From NCBI GenBank assembly GCA_045543715.1, contig JAZPXP010000035.1, forward strand, positions 1 to 49,316: 49,316 nt of DNA. Direction: 5' to 3'. Numbering within the stretch: the stretch's first letter is position 1; the number at the start of each line of letters is the position of its first letter. The translations under genes were made by a program, and so were the position numbers. Under the pieces are notes generated by a model that saw only the letters and a list, made by a program, of their open reading frames with translations, was not told the DNA's origin and searched no databases. Below are positions 1 to 8,738 of this stretch, in pieces. This DNA is from Acutalibacteraceae bacterium (GTDB lineage: Bacteria > Bacillota > Clostridia > Oscillospirales > Acutalibacteraceae).

Positions 1-1288
1 CATACATATATTTCTTTCTGTATTCGTTCATATCAATTATGGTACCGTTAAGTCGGGACTCCTCGGCCGCAAAAGACATTAAATGATTTTCACAGGAAAT
101 TCCGATTTCGCTGACATCTTCAGCACTCAAAATTCCGTTTATGTAATCATAAAGCGCTTCAACGATTCCTTGGTCTCCGCCACCATGGCCCGAAACTATA
201 GTTGTTCCCTTAGTTACGATATTGGCATCGAGAATTTCGGTTTTTCCTGTTTCGAAATTATAAAATTTGAAATTCTCATTATTTTCATCGCCCATATCGG
301 CATAAAGATGACCCTTTGTTCCGAAAATATGAGTATATCGTCCACCCTGATTAAAGGCATTCATTGTATGAACAACTGTTGTTCCGTCCTCAAACTCCAT
401 ATTAACGGTCTGATGGTCAACAACATCGTTATCACATTTAAAAACACATTTACCATACTGGGTGGTTTTCAATGCCTCCATAACCTGCTCGTCCGTAGGG
501 TCGGCTTTTTTGGTTGAAGCCCAGCGGAACCAAGCATTATCCTTATCATCATAATAAAGCTTAACCGAGTTATAAAGGCAGGTGTCATATACAGGACAGC
601 CTTCATAGCATCTCTCAGGCGAACCCTCTGGAGCATTTTCGCGGCGGAAATATGTTAAAGAGCCAAAGGACTGAATTTTTGTACACCTCTTGCCGATTAA
701 CCACTGGAGAATGTCCATATCATGACAGCATTTTTGCAAAATCATAGGAGTGCTACGAACGGAGTTACCCCAGTTCCCTCTAACAAAGCTATGGCTTTGA
801 TGGATATTGCCAACATCTTCTCTATGGTCAATAGAAATAACCTTTCCAAGTATTCCCTCATCGATAATTTCTTTAAGCCTGGTATAAAAAGGAGTGAATC
901 TAAGAACATGGCAAACCATAACCTTTCTGCCATACTTCTTAGCTACCTTATAAATTTCAGCGCAGTCCTCAGCAGTTGTTGCAGCAGGCTTTTCAAGGAG
1001 CAAATCATACCCCATTTCCATAGCCTTAACTGCAGGAGCTAAATGCAGGTCATCCATAGTTGCAATGATTGCAACATCGGCGAATTTTGGAATTTCAAAA
1101 GCCTTTTCCCATGTATCAAAACATTTATCGGGGTCAACGTTGTGTTTTTTTCTTATGTTTTCAACAAGGCTCTCCTCGGGGTCTGCAACGCCAACAACTT
1201 TGAATTTTTCAGGCATTTTGAGCATTGGGTCGGTCATACATCTTCCTCTGCCGCCTGCTCCAATTACCAAAATTTTAATCTGTTTCAT
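1..1288 (-). CDS. Gfo/Idh/MocA-family NAD(P)-dependent oxidoreductase (3' end runs off the window)
   Basis: Absent from the ORF track because it has no stop in the window. The reverse strand from ATG (complement of 1286-1288, AGGAGG about 9 nt upstream) reads MKQIKILVIGAGGRGR..., a Rossmann GxGxxG N-terminus, and stays open to position 1. The + strand ORFs at 83-1327 are its antisense shadows. Confidence 0.75.
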   Translation of the reverse strand, partial: MKQIKILVIGAGGRGRCMTDPMLKMPEKFKVVGVADPEESLVENIRKKHNVDPDKCFDTWEKAFEIPKFADVAIIATMDDLHLAPAVKAMEMGYDLLLEKPAATTAEDCAEIYKVAKKYGRKVMVCHVLRFTPFYTRLKEIIDEGILGKVISIDHREDVGNIHQSHSFVRGNWGNSVRSTPMILQKCCHDMDILQWLIGKRCTKIQSFGSLTYFRRENAPEGSPERCYEGCPVYDTCLYNSVKLYYDDKDNAWFRWASTKKADPTDEQVMEALKTTQYGKCVFKCDNDVVDHQTVNMEFEDGTTVVHTMNAFNQGGRYTHIFGTKGHLYADMGDENNENFKFYNFETGKTEILDANIVTKGTTIVSGHGGGDQGIVEALYDYINGILSAEDVSEIGISCENHLMSFAAEESRLNGTIIDMNEYRKKYMY

Positions 1289-1377
1289 AATGTGAAACCT
1301 CCTGTAACACTGCTGCATTTAGTATAACATTATAAAAACCTATTATCAATTTATATTGCGAAAAAGTATCTTTTTTA

Positions 1378-1406
1378 TTGACTTTATTATCCATAAATGT
1401 TATAAT
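1378..1406 (+). promoter_or_regulatory. sigma-A type promoter, TTGACT-17 nt-TATAAT
   Basis: TTGACT at 1378-1383 and TATAAT at 1401-1406 with an exact 17-nt spacer, just upstream of the TPP riboswitch. Confidence 0.6.
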
Positions 1407-1415
1407 CATTTTGCA

Positions 1416-1512
1416 ATAGGGAGCTTGATGAAACTCAGGCTGAGAGGAAGTCCGTTTTAAACTATGACTTCGACCTTTAACCTGATGCAGATAATGCTGC
1501 CGTAGGGAAATA
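1416..1512 (+). promoter_or_regulatory. TPP (THI-box) riboswitch aptamer
   Basis: Contains the conserved CTGAGAG (1440-1446) and the AACCTGATGCAGATAATGCTGCCGTAGGGAA block (1480-1509). It lies in the 5' leader of a thiamine transporter gene. Confidence 0.85.
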
Positions 1513-1525
1513 CGAAATGAAGTAT

Positions 1526-1557
1526 TGCCGCAGGTTTATTGCCTGCGGCATTTCTAT
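1526..1557 (+). terminator. Riboswitch expression-platform terminator
   Basis: The 9-bp stem TGCCGCAGG/CCTGCGGCA (1526-1534 and 1542-1550) is followed by TTTCTATT, between the aptamer and the thiT RBS. Confidence 0.7.
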
Positions 1558-1617
1558 TATCCGGAGAATAGAAATTCCTTTGGTTAAAATTGCAAAAAAA
1601 CTAAAAGGAGAAGAAAA

Positions 1618-2181
1618 ATGAAAGAAAATTCAAGAAAATCAATTTACAGGCTATGCCTTGGTGCGATTTTTATCGCCCTCGGTACCGTTCTCAGCATGAT
1701 TAAAATTTACGAGCCACCCCTTGGCGGCGGAGTAACCCTTTTCAGCATGCTTCCGATTATAATGTATATCGGTATGTTCGGTTTTAAATGGGGAATGGGA
1801 ATTGCATTTACCTATTCTGTTTTTCAGATGCTGCTATCTTTCGGCGAGGTGCTTTCTTGGGGACTTACACCCTTGACTCTTATAGCCACCTTTTTGCTCG
1901 ATTATATCTTAGCATATACCGTTTTAGGTTTTGCGGGACTTTTTGCAAAAAAAGGCTATCTTGGTATTTGCATCGGCACAGCTGTTGCAGTATTTTTAAG
2001 ATTCATTTGCCATTATATCACAGGTGTTTTCATCTTCGATATCTGGTGCGAATGGGATAACGTTTGGCTTTATTCCCTTTGCTATAACGGAGCCTATATG
2101 CTCCCCGAAATTATTTTAACAACTGTTGGTGCGGCAGTTATATTTAGACTTCCACAGATTAAAAAAATAATAAACGGTTAA
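1618..2181 (+). CDS. thiT: Thiamine ECF-transporter substrate-binding (S) component ThiT
   Basis: 187-aa polytopic membrane protein preceded by an AGGAG RBS. It sits directly downstream of a TPP riboswitch, and its size and TM pattern are typical of ThiT. Confidence 0.8.
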   Translation: MKENSRKSIYRLCLGAIFIALGTVLSMIKIYEPPLGGGVTLFSMLPIIMYIGMFGFKWGMGIAFTYSVFQMLLSFGEVLSWGLTPLTLIATFLLDYILAYTVLGFAGLFAKKGYLGICIGTAVAVFLRFICHYITGVFIFDIWCEWDNVWLYSLCYNGAYMLPEIILTTVGAAVIFRLPQIKKIING

Positions 2182-2185
2182 AAAT

Positions 2186-2212
2186 AAACCGCAGTGATTT
2201 TCACTGCGGTTT
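2186..2212. terminator. Bidirectional rho-independent terminator (thiT / asp23)
   Basis: Perfect 12-bp stem AAACCGCAGTGA-TTT-TCACTGCGGTTT with A-run and T-run flanks, between convergent genes. Confidence 0.75.
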
Positions 2213-2215
2213 ATA

Positions 2216-2575
2216 TTATTCTTCCTCTTCTGCCTTTTCAAATTCAACATCAGCAACGCTGACATTAACCTGAGTAACGGCAGTGCCGGTCATATTCTGG
2301 ATTTTCTCTTTAACATTGCTTTGAACCTTTTCGGCGACCTCTTTAACAAGAGCATCCTCTTTAACGGTTATAAAAACATTGATTTTCAAAGCGCCGTTTT
2401 CGCTTTCAACCTTAATGCCTTTGAATGGGTTTTTATTCTTGCTTTTAACCGCACCCTTAATATCAATAGCGCGCTTTGCAAGACCTGCAACGCCCGAAAC
2501 CTCTTTAGCCGCAATTTCAGCCATTTTTTCCAAAACCTCGGTATTTATAGAAAGTTCAGTTGCTTTATTATTCAT
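2216..2575 (-). CDS. Asp23/Gls24-family alkaline shock protein
   Basis: 119 aa with N-terminal ...VLEKMAEIAAKEVSGVAGL... and an acidic C-terminus typical of Asp23/DUF322. Its position after spoIIIAH is common in Clostridia. Confidence 0.8.
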   Translation of the reverse strand: MNNKATELSINTEVLEKMAEIAAKEVSGVAGLAKRAIDIKGAVKSKNKNPFKGIKVESENGALKINVFITVKEDALVKEVAEKVQSNVKEKIQNMTGTAVTQVNVSVADVEFEKAEEEE

Positions 2576-2647
2576 AATAATCCTCCGCCTTGAATTTCTT
2601 TAAGTCTATTATACCACATTTTTCAAATAACACAACTTTTTTTTAAT

Positions 2648-3178
2648 TTAAGATATCGGAATTATTTTTATCTTATTCAAAGTGATACTTGTTTGCTCGG
2701 TAACGATATCCTGAATTTGTAAAGTCTGAGCAGAGGTCAGCCCCTCTGAAGCCACAACAACATTTATTCCGTCATCGCTTATAACGGCAAGGCTTTTCTC
2801 AAAGCCTTTAGCTTTAAGAAGGCTTTCGATGTTGCTCTCTTTCTCAATTCTATCCCCGATTTCCTCTATCTTAGAAAGGGCGCTCTTTTTATCCTCGTCA
2901 GACAGTTTGTCGCTTTTAATGGTTTCTTCGATAGTTTCAACCGCTTCCTTACGAGCGCTTTCCCTATCTTTTTTAGCCTTGGTAAAATAATCCTCTTCGG
3001 GCTTTGCAGAGGTTTCCACCGCCTCCTCCTCAGAAGAATTGCTGACATAGGAAGCTTCGCCAAGATATTTTGCTTCGCTCGGTAAATACTTTGCATTAAG
3101 CCAGATTGCTGCCCCCAATGCTAAAACCATAACCGCAACTGCGATTTGTCCTTTCCCGAAAACCTTACCCTTTTTCAT
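2648..3178 (-). CDS. spoIIIAH: Stage III sporulation protein AH
   Basis: Last gene of the spoIIIA operon. It has one N-terminal TM, a charged linker and a C-terminal YscJ/FliF-like region. The start is moved to MKKGKV because GGGAGG lies 8 nt upstream. Confidence 0.7.
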   Translation of the reverse strand: MKKGKVFGKGQIAVAVMVLALGAAIWLNAKYLPSEAKYLGEASYVSNSSEEEAVETSAKPEEDYFTKAKKDRESARKEAVETIEETIKSDKLSDEDKKSALSKIEEIGDRIEKESNIESLLKAKGFEKSLAVISDDGINVVVASEGLTSAQTLQIQDIVTEQTSITLNKIKIIPIS

Positions 3179-3180
3179 CT

Positions 3181-3714
3181 TTATTTCCTCCCGCAAATAT
3201 ATACTCTTTTAGATGTTATATTCAATGCCGCCATAACGGCATTTTGAATTTTTTGGTTGATAATCTCGTTGTCGCCTCCCTCGCAAACTATGGCGATACC
3301 TCTGATTTCGGGCATTCTTGCGGTTACAAGCAAGGCTTCCTCACCGCCATCGGCGGTTTTAACGGTTATATAGCCCTCTTTGAGTTCGTTATCTGAGCTT
3401 TGGCTTTCCTTTTCGTTCTTTTCGGTTTTGGTTTCCTCAAGGCTTTCGGCATAATTATATCTCACCGAGCTTTCAAGAGTTACAACCACCTGCACCTTTC
3501 CGCTTCCCGTTATATCCTTAACGATTTTTTCTATTTCCTCTTCTATAGACAGGCGGTATTCCTCTGCCGAAAACTCATTCGTATTTACCTCTTTTGTTTC
3601 TTTATCGGAAGATAACCCCGAGAGGAAAATAAGAAGTATACCGCAAAGCCCTGCAATCACCAAAACCTTTGGCGAGCGCAGTTTTTCAAGTATTTGAGTT
3701 TTAATTTTAATCAT
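3181..3714 (-). CDS. spoIIIAG: Stage III sporulation protein AG
   Basis: N-terminal TM plus the conserved C-terminal ...MPEIRGIAIVCEGGDN...VYI motif of SpoIIIAG, in the expected operon position. Confidence 0.85.
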   Translation of the reverse strand: MIKIKTQILEKLRSPKVLVIAGLCGILLIFLSGLSSDKETKEVNTNEFSAEEYRLSIEEEIEKIVKDITGSGKVQVVVTLESSVRYNYAESLEETKTEKNEKESQSSDNELKEGYITVKTADGGEEALLVTARMPEIRGIAIVCEGGDNEIINQKIQNAVMAALNITSKRVYICGRK

Positions 3715-4138
3715 TTTTTATTTCAACCTCTATATTCTCTGCCGCCTCGCCTAAAGCAGAGAGAATTTTATCTCTTTGTTCTGATGATTTTATTATAACC
3801 TTGCTAATATATATGCTGTCCTCTTCGGATTTATCCGTTATAATCTCGATTTTTTCAAAAGTTAGCCCTGACTTTTCAAGAATAGAAGAATAAACAAACC
3901 TTGCCGAAGAAATATCCAAATCGGTTGCCGCTTCTATATCAACATTTGATATAGGAATTTCAATATCGGCATTTTTAAGGGTTATCCCTGTCGCCGCAAT
4001 GACCGACAGTAAAAAAGCCAAGGACAAAACATATTTAATACTTTTAGAAATTCGTCCCTCAGGGCATAAAATATATAGCGCTCCAATAAATACTGCCGAG
4101 GCGCAAAAAGAGGTTAATATAGAAGTTATAATTTTCAT
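3707..4138 (-). CDS. spoIIIAF: Stage III sporulation protein AF
   Basis: 143 aa with two N-terminal TM segments. It lies between spoIIIAE and spoIIIAG and overlaps both neighbours (translational coupling). Confidence 0.7.
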   Translation of the reverse strand: MKIITSILTSFCASAVFIGALYILCPEGRISKSIKYVLSLAFLLSVIAATGITLKNADIEIPISNVDIEAATDLDISSARFVYSSILEKSGLTFEKIEIITDKSEEDSIYISKVIIKSSEQRDKILSALGEAAENIEVEIKND

Positions 4139-5256
4139 ACTGCTCTCCCCGCCGTTACAACCACCGATAAGGAAATGATAAACATAGCGGCGGTTAAAAG
4201 AATTATTCCGCCAAGCACCGACATAACTGTATCAACCGTCCTTAAAAGAGAAGAAATTTTTGAAAGTGAAAACAAATCTGATATTATAGATAGCAAGGTA
4301 AGACAAATTTTCCATATTAAAAGCTCGGCTAAAATAGGCAAAAATATTGCCGCGCAAGCAACAACTCCGTAAATTCCAACAGAGGATTTTAAAAGGCCCA
4401 TTGAAGCTGTAACTGTGGTTAATGCCTCAGATAGCACCGTTCCCGCAACGGGAACCGAAGAGCCGATAATAAATTTTGCGGTTTTTAAGGATAATGTATC
4501 AGCCGAAGCATTAACGGCGGTCTGGATGCTGAGTATTCCTAAAAAAACGGTAGTTAGGAGCGACATTATCCAAAAGGAAAGCTTTTTAATTCCCTCAGCA
4601 ATTCCCGATTTTGAAATTAAAGGAGAAACTGATGACGCCAAGGATATACTCATATAACCGCCAAGCAAGGGAACCACAACAAAATTTGAAATATAACTAA
4701 CTGCACTTGATGCCGTTAGCAGCAGACCTGACATTGAAAGCGAGGTTATGGGCGAGCCCGCCGAGGCTACAATGACAGCGAAAATCGGGATAAATGCTGC
4801 TATAAATATCGAACACCCTTGCATTGCCGAAACACTTGTTTTAACTACAGAAAATGCCGGCGCCGAGATGACCGCCGCCGCACAAAGCGCCGAAGCATAC
4901 ATAGCCGCTGCCGCCCCTTTTTCCTCTGCCGAGCTTTCTATTGCGGCGCTTATAAGAACAACCGCCAGTATTCCGCATGATGCCAAAACAGGCGTTTTTG
5001 CCCCCGTTTTTAAAAAGCTCCAGATATGCGAAAAAACATTCTCGCTTGATAGGTTGTTAACCCAATCTGGCTGGCTTGGTGAAATATCGTTTTGCTCTAA
5101 AAAATCCTTGGTTTCTTTTGGCAAGCTATCATTTATCTCTTCAGCGCCGCTCAAATCATACTGCTCTTTGTAAAAATCTTCCGCCTTAGTTTCTGCCGAA
5201 ACCGAAAAAGGAAACAGCAAAAGAAATATTATTATAAAGATTATTTTTCTTTTCAT
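4135..5256 (-). CDS. spoIIIAE: Stage III sporulation protein AE
   Basis: 373 aa with a signal peptide and a multi-pass Ala/Ser/Gly-rich membrane domain, in the expected operon position. Confidence 0.85.
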   Translation of the reverse strand: MKRKIIFIIIFLLLFPFSVSAETKAEDFYKEQYDLSGAEEINDSLPKETKDFLEQNDISPSQPDWVNNLSSENVFSHIWSFLKTGAKTPVLASCGILAVVLISAAIESSAEEKGAAAAMYASALCAAAVISAPAFSVVKTSVSAMQGCSIFIAAFIPIFAVIVASAGSPITSLSMSGLLLTASSAVSYISNFVVVPLLGGYMSISLASSVSPLISKSGIAEGIKKLSFWIMSLLTTVFLGILSIQTAVNASADTLSLKTAKFIIGSSVPVAGTVLSEALTTVTASMGLLKSSVGIYGVVACAAIFLPILAELLIWKICLTLLSIISDLFSLSKISSLLRTVDTVMSVLGGIILLTAAMFIISLSVVVTAGRAV

Positions 5257-5645
5257 TTTATAAAGCCTACCGCTGTTTTTAAAACTGAAATTATTAGAGG
5301 GACCGAGAGTATAAATATAGCACTTCTGCCCGCAAATTCTGCCTTTGAGGCTAAAGAGGTCTGTCCGCTGTCCCTACAGGTATCGGCTATAAAATTCGTT
5401 ATATACCCTATCCCTAACGCTTTCAGCGAAACCTTGAAATACTCGGTATTAACCCCGTAATTCTCAAGACTGTCTTTTATCAGTATGAAAGGTTGGGATA
5501 AGTTTTTTAAAACCATAACCCCAACTATAACCCCTGCCGTTATTGCCGCCAAAAGAGCATATTCTGAGTTTCTGTTTCTCAGCACGATACAAACCGCCGC
5601 AGTAACTAACAAAAGGGCTAGAATTTTGAAAATTTCTATGTTCAT
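5253..5645 (-). CDS. spoIIIAD: Stage III sporulation protein AD
   Basis: 130-aa four-TM protein containing the conserved ...CRDSGQ..LA..AE.AGR... segment. Confidence 0.85.
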   Translation of the reverse strand: MNIEIFKILALLLVTAAVCIVLRNRNSEYALLAAITAGVIVGVMVLKNLSQPFILIKDSLENYGVNTEYFKVSLKALGIGYITNFIADTCRDSGQTSLASKAEFAGRSAIFILSVPLIISVLKTAVGFIK

Positions 5646-5836
5646 AATCCAAAAATACTTTTAACCGTTGTAAATAGCTCGGCAACGGCATTAACAACCA
5701 TCAAAAGAACAACAACAAGACCCGCTAAGGTTGTCAGCATAGCCTGTTCCTCTCTGCCCGAGCGAATGAGCACCTGATTTAAAACAGTTACTATTATGCC
5801 GATTGCGGCAATTTTGAAGATAAAATCAACATCCAT
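5642..5836 (-). CDS. spoIIIAC: Stage III sporulation protein AC
   Basis: 64-aa two-TM protein MDVDFIFKIAAIGI.... The start is set at the internal ATG preceded by AGGTGG, since the track ORF extends upstream without an RBS. Confidence 0.85.
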   Translation of the reverse strand: MDVDFIFKIAAIGIIVTVLNQVLIRSGREEQAMLTTLAGLVVVLLMVVNAVAELFTTVKSIFGL

Positions 5837-5844
5837 TTTTCCAC

Positions 5845-6291
5845 CTACAAAAAGAAAATACAAATAAATATCCCAAAAAGCACACCCAAGGAATTATAAA
5901 GCCTCGATAGTTTTTCTTTTCTTTCTTCTGCCTCTTTTCTTTGCTTTTGCAAAAGTGAGGTAAAAAGAACTATCCTTTCATACTCGGAATTTATATCTCT
6001 TCTCCCAAAGGATTCGAAGAATTCCTCAATTAAGGATATATCCCCCTTTTCAAGCAAGGGAGAGTTTATAGTTGCTTTATTATCCTTTATATAAACCGTT
6101 TCTTCAAAAAAGGACAATTTAACCGCCCTTTCAAGCTCGGTTTTTTCGGCTTTTATTCTTGCACCCAGCATTTCAAAAGAAAGACAAATCTCCTTTAATT
6201 TTTCGGCTCGCATTTTTAAATTATATGCTTTTAAGAAACCTAACAAAGAAGAGCTTGCGAAAAGGATTAAAAGCCCTATTACCTTAAACAA
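5845..6291 (-). CDS. spoIIIAB: Stage III sporulation protein AB
   Basis: 148 aa with terminal TM segments flanking a helical cytoplasmic domain. It lies between spoIIIAA and spoIIIAC. Confidence 0.75.
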   Translation of the reverse strand: MFKVIGLLILFASSSLLGFLKAYNLKMRAEKLKEICLSFEMLGARIKAEKTELERAVKLSFFEETVYIKDNKATINSPLLEKGDISLIEEFFESFGRRDINSEYERIVLFTSLLQKQRKEAEERKEKLSRLYNSLGVLFGIFICIFFL

Positions 6292-7205
6292 AATTCATAC
6301 TCCCTAAGCTCTTTGGCGTCCAAAATCTCGATATCCGAGCCGTGAAGAATTGGAAGCAGAGCAATTTGTGAACAAACCGAGCTTCTGATTAACTCCTCGG
6401 TTACTCGGCGGGTTAAAAGCTCCTTTCTTTCGCCAATATGCGCGGTTGTTATAATCTGAACACCCGAATAAAAGCTTTCTGAAACCCTTTTTAGCTCTTC
6501 AGCCGTTCCTATCTCGTCAAAGGCGATTATATCGGGGAACATAGTTCTGAGTGCTATTTCTATGCCTTTTGCCTTGTCATTGATCTTTAAAACATCGGTT
6601 GCAGGGCCTAAATCGAGCATACCCGAGCCCGAAAGCTCGCCTCGGCCATCAATAACGCAAACCCTTTTAGGTTTTCCCGAAGCACCGCTCGAAATCTGGC
6701 GTATTAGGTCTCTTAAAACAGTGGTTTTACCGCTTGCCGGCGGTCCTGCAATTAAAAGACCCCCACCCTGATAGTTTTTAAGAATATCATTTGCCGCACC
6801 CCTGATTTCCCTTGCGATTCTGATATTAAGTGAGGTGATTTCACTCATATTTCCATTTGTGAGTCTGCCGAAAACGCCAGCCCTGCAACCGTTTTTCATA
6901 ACAACAAAGCCTTCGGCAAGCTCTTCGCCGTGGGCATAAACCGAATTAGAGCATATATTATAAAAGCTTTCCTCTATATCAGAGGTATTTGCCCTGAAAA
7001 GCCCCTCGCAATATGTAAAACTAAGGCTTGAATCCTCTTTTATAAAAACCGTCTCGCCCGAAACGGTTAATGCTAAAGGAAGATTTTCCCTAATCCTTAT
7101 TTCCTCGGCGCTGAATTTTACCGTTTTAGGCAAATTTTCAAGGATATTCCTTAACCTCGGCGAAAGACCGTATAAAGCATTTTCAAAACTTTTTATTCCT
7201 TCCAT
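6279..7205 (-). CDS. spoIIIAA: Stage III sporulation protein AA (secretion-type ATPase)
   Basis: Walker A GPPASGKTT, and it is the first gene of the eight-gene operon. The start is set at MEGIKSF, with GAGGTG upstream. Confidence 0.85.
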   Translation of the reverse strand: MEGIKSFENALYGLSPRLRNILENLPKTVKFSAEEIRIRENLPLALTVSGETVFIKEDSSLSFTYCEGLFRANTSDIEESFYNICSNSVYAHGEELAEGFVVMKNGCRAGVFGRLTNGNMSEITSLNIRIAREIRGAANDILKNYQGGGLLIAGPPASGKTTVLRDLIRQISSGASGKPKRVCVIDGRGELSGSGMLDLGPATDVLKINDKAKGIEIALRTMFPDIIAFDEIGTAEELKRVSESFYSGVQIITTAHIGERKELLTRRVTEELIRSSVCSQIALLPILHGSDIEILDAKELREYEFCLR

Positions 7206-7252
7206 ATTCAACACCTCATTTTAAAGATATGCTATGGTTGTCCCTCATAGAA

Positions 7253-7281
7253 CAAAAAAAGCAACGCTAAAAGCGTTGCTT
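7253..7281 (-). terminator. Terminator after bioY
   Basis: The stem AAGCAACGC/GCGTTGCTT encloses the bioY stop codon and is followed on the minus strand by a T-run. Confidence 0.6.
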
Positions 7282-7785
7282 AAATTTTTTTGATATATAG
7301 AATGCTAAGATTACTAATATTATGTCTTTTATCAGAAACAAAAGCGAGGAAACTATAAAGGATTTGAAAAACCCTGTGGAGGTTACCGTTGAGAAAACCG
7401 CCGTTCCGCATATATGACAGAGTAACAATCCAAAAAGGCTAAGGAAAATTTTTGAAATATCCTTTTTTAGTTTTCCCGATAAACCGCAAGCGGCGGCTAA
7501 AGCCAAAAAACCTATTATAAATCCGCCTGTTGCGGAAAACAATATTTGGGCTCCGCCTCTGAAATGGGAGAAAACGGGAAGCCCCACAGCGCCCAATGTT
7601 ATGTAAACCAAAACGCTGCCGAGCGAGGTGGCAGTACCAAGCAAATATCCCCCGAGGGCTATTATAAATGTCTGCAAGGTTATCGGCACCGAAATAAATG
7701 TTGGAATAGCAATTTGGGAGGTTATAGCCAAAACTGCCGCAAAGAGCGCCGAAAAAATCAGATTTAGAAGCTTTTTATTTTTCAT
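7267..7785 (-). CDS. bioY: Biotin transporter S component BioY
   Basis: Contains the characteristic ...ITSQIAIP...VPITLQTF.I.L.G..LG... motif and 5-6 TM segments. The start is chosen at MKNKKLL, and either candidate start overlaps the upstream GT2 gene. Confidence 0.85.
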   Translation of the reverse strand: MKNKKLLNLIFSALFAAVLAITSQIAIPTFISVPITLQTFIIALGGYLLGTATSLGSVLVYITLGAVGLPVFSHFRGGAQILFSATGGFIIGFLALAAACGLSGKLKKDISKIFLSLFGLLLCHICGTAVFSTVTSTGFFKSFIVSSLLFLIKDIILVILAFYISKKFKQRF

Positions 7786-8728
7786 CTTCGGTTTTCTCGG
7801 CAACTATATATTTCGGGCGGTTTTTAACCTCTAAATAAACCTTGCCGATATATTCCCCGATAACTCCAAGGCTTAAAAGCTGAATTCCGCCGAGGAAACA
7901 AACGATACTAACGGTTGAAGCCCAACCTGCAACCGTTTTGCCGATAAGTGCCGTTATAACCGACCATAAAACTCCCACACCACTCACTATTGCCACGATA
8001 AAACCTAAAAGGGTTATAAGTCTTATAGGCTTTACCGACAAGCTAGTTATGCCGTTAAGAGCTAAAGAAATCATCTTTTTAAGTGGATAATGACCTTTTC
8101 CCGCAAGTCGTTCGATTCTTTCATAATAAACACAGGTTGACTTAAAGCCTACCAGCGGCACCATTCCGCGAAGAAAAATATTAACCTCTCCGAATTTTGA
8201 TAATTCCTCTAAAGCTCGGCTTGAAATAAGGCGGTAATCGGCGTGGTTATAAACCACTTCAGCTCCCATTGATTTCATAAACCTATAAAAGCACTGCGCC
8301 GAATGTTTTTTGAAAAATCCATCTTTACTGCGGTTATTTCTAACCCCATAAACTATCTCTGCACCGCCAAGATATTCATCAACCATTTTATCCATAACCG
8401 ATATATCATCCTGACCATCGCAGTCGATAGATATAGTTATATCGCAATTCCCTTTAGCTTCCATAAGCCCTGCAAGAAGAGCGTTCTGATGCCCTCTGTT
8501 TCTGCTAAGGGCTATGCCTTTAAATTCCTCTGTTTCACTTGAAATCTTTGAAATTATATCCCAAGTATTGTCTCGGCTTCCGTCATCAACAAAAAGAATA
8601 CGGCTTTTATAACTGATTTTTCCCGATTTCTGCATTCTTTTAAGTTGCTCGAGAAAAAGAGGTGCCGTTATAGGCAACACCTCTTGCTCATTATAGCACG
8701 GTATCACGATATAAAGTATTGGTTTCAT
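7775..8728 (-). CDS. Family-2 glycosyltransferase, polyprenyl-phosphate sugar transferase type (GtrB/CsbB/ArnC-like)
   Basis: N-terminal GT-A fold with IVIPCYNE, DDGSRD and DCDGQDD motifs, plus two C-terminal TM helices. Confidence 0.85.
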   Translation of the reverse strand: MKPILYIVIPCYNEQEVLPITAPLFLEQLKRMQKSGKISYKSRILFVDDGSRDNTWDIISKISSETEEFKGIALSRNRGHQNALLAGLMEAKGNCDITISIDCDGQDDISVMDKMVDEYLGGAEIVYGVRNNRSKDGFFKKHSAQCFYRFMKSMGAEVVYNHADYRLISSRALEELSKFGEVNIFLRGMVPLVGFKSTCVYYERIERLAGKGHYPLKKMISLALNGITSLSVKPIRLITLLGFIVAIVSGVGVLWSVITALIGKTVAGWASTVSIVCFLGGIQLLSLGVIGEYIGKVYLEVKNRPKYIVAEKTEDEK

Positions 8729-8738
8729 AACAAAATCC

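Noticed and set aside
83-1327. Five + or - strand track ORFs (144, 106, 63, 94 and 76 aa) at the left edge.
   Set aside because: They have low-complexity, Cys/Phe/Asn-rich translations with no RBS. All lie antisense or out of frame to a clean Gfo/Idh/MocA reading frame on the minus strand.
1416-1557. The structured leader upstream of thiT as a possible novel RNA.
   Set aside because: It matches the well-known TPP (THI-box) riboswitch core sequences and sits before a thiamine transporter. It is a known class and not novel.
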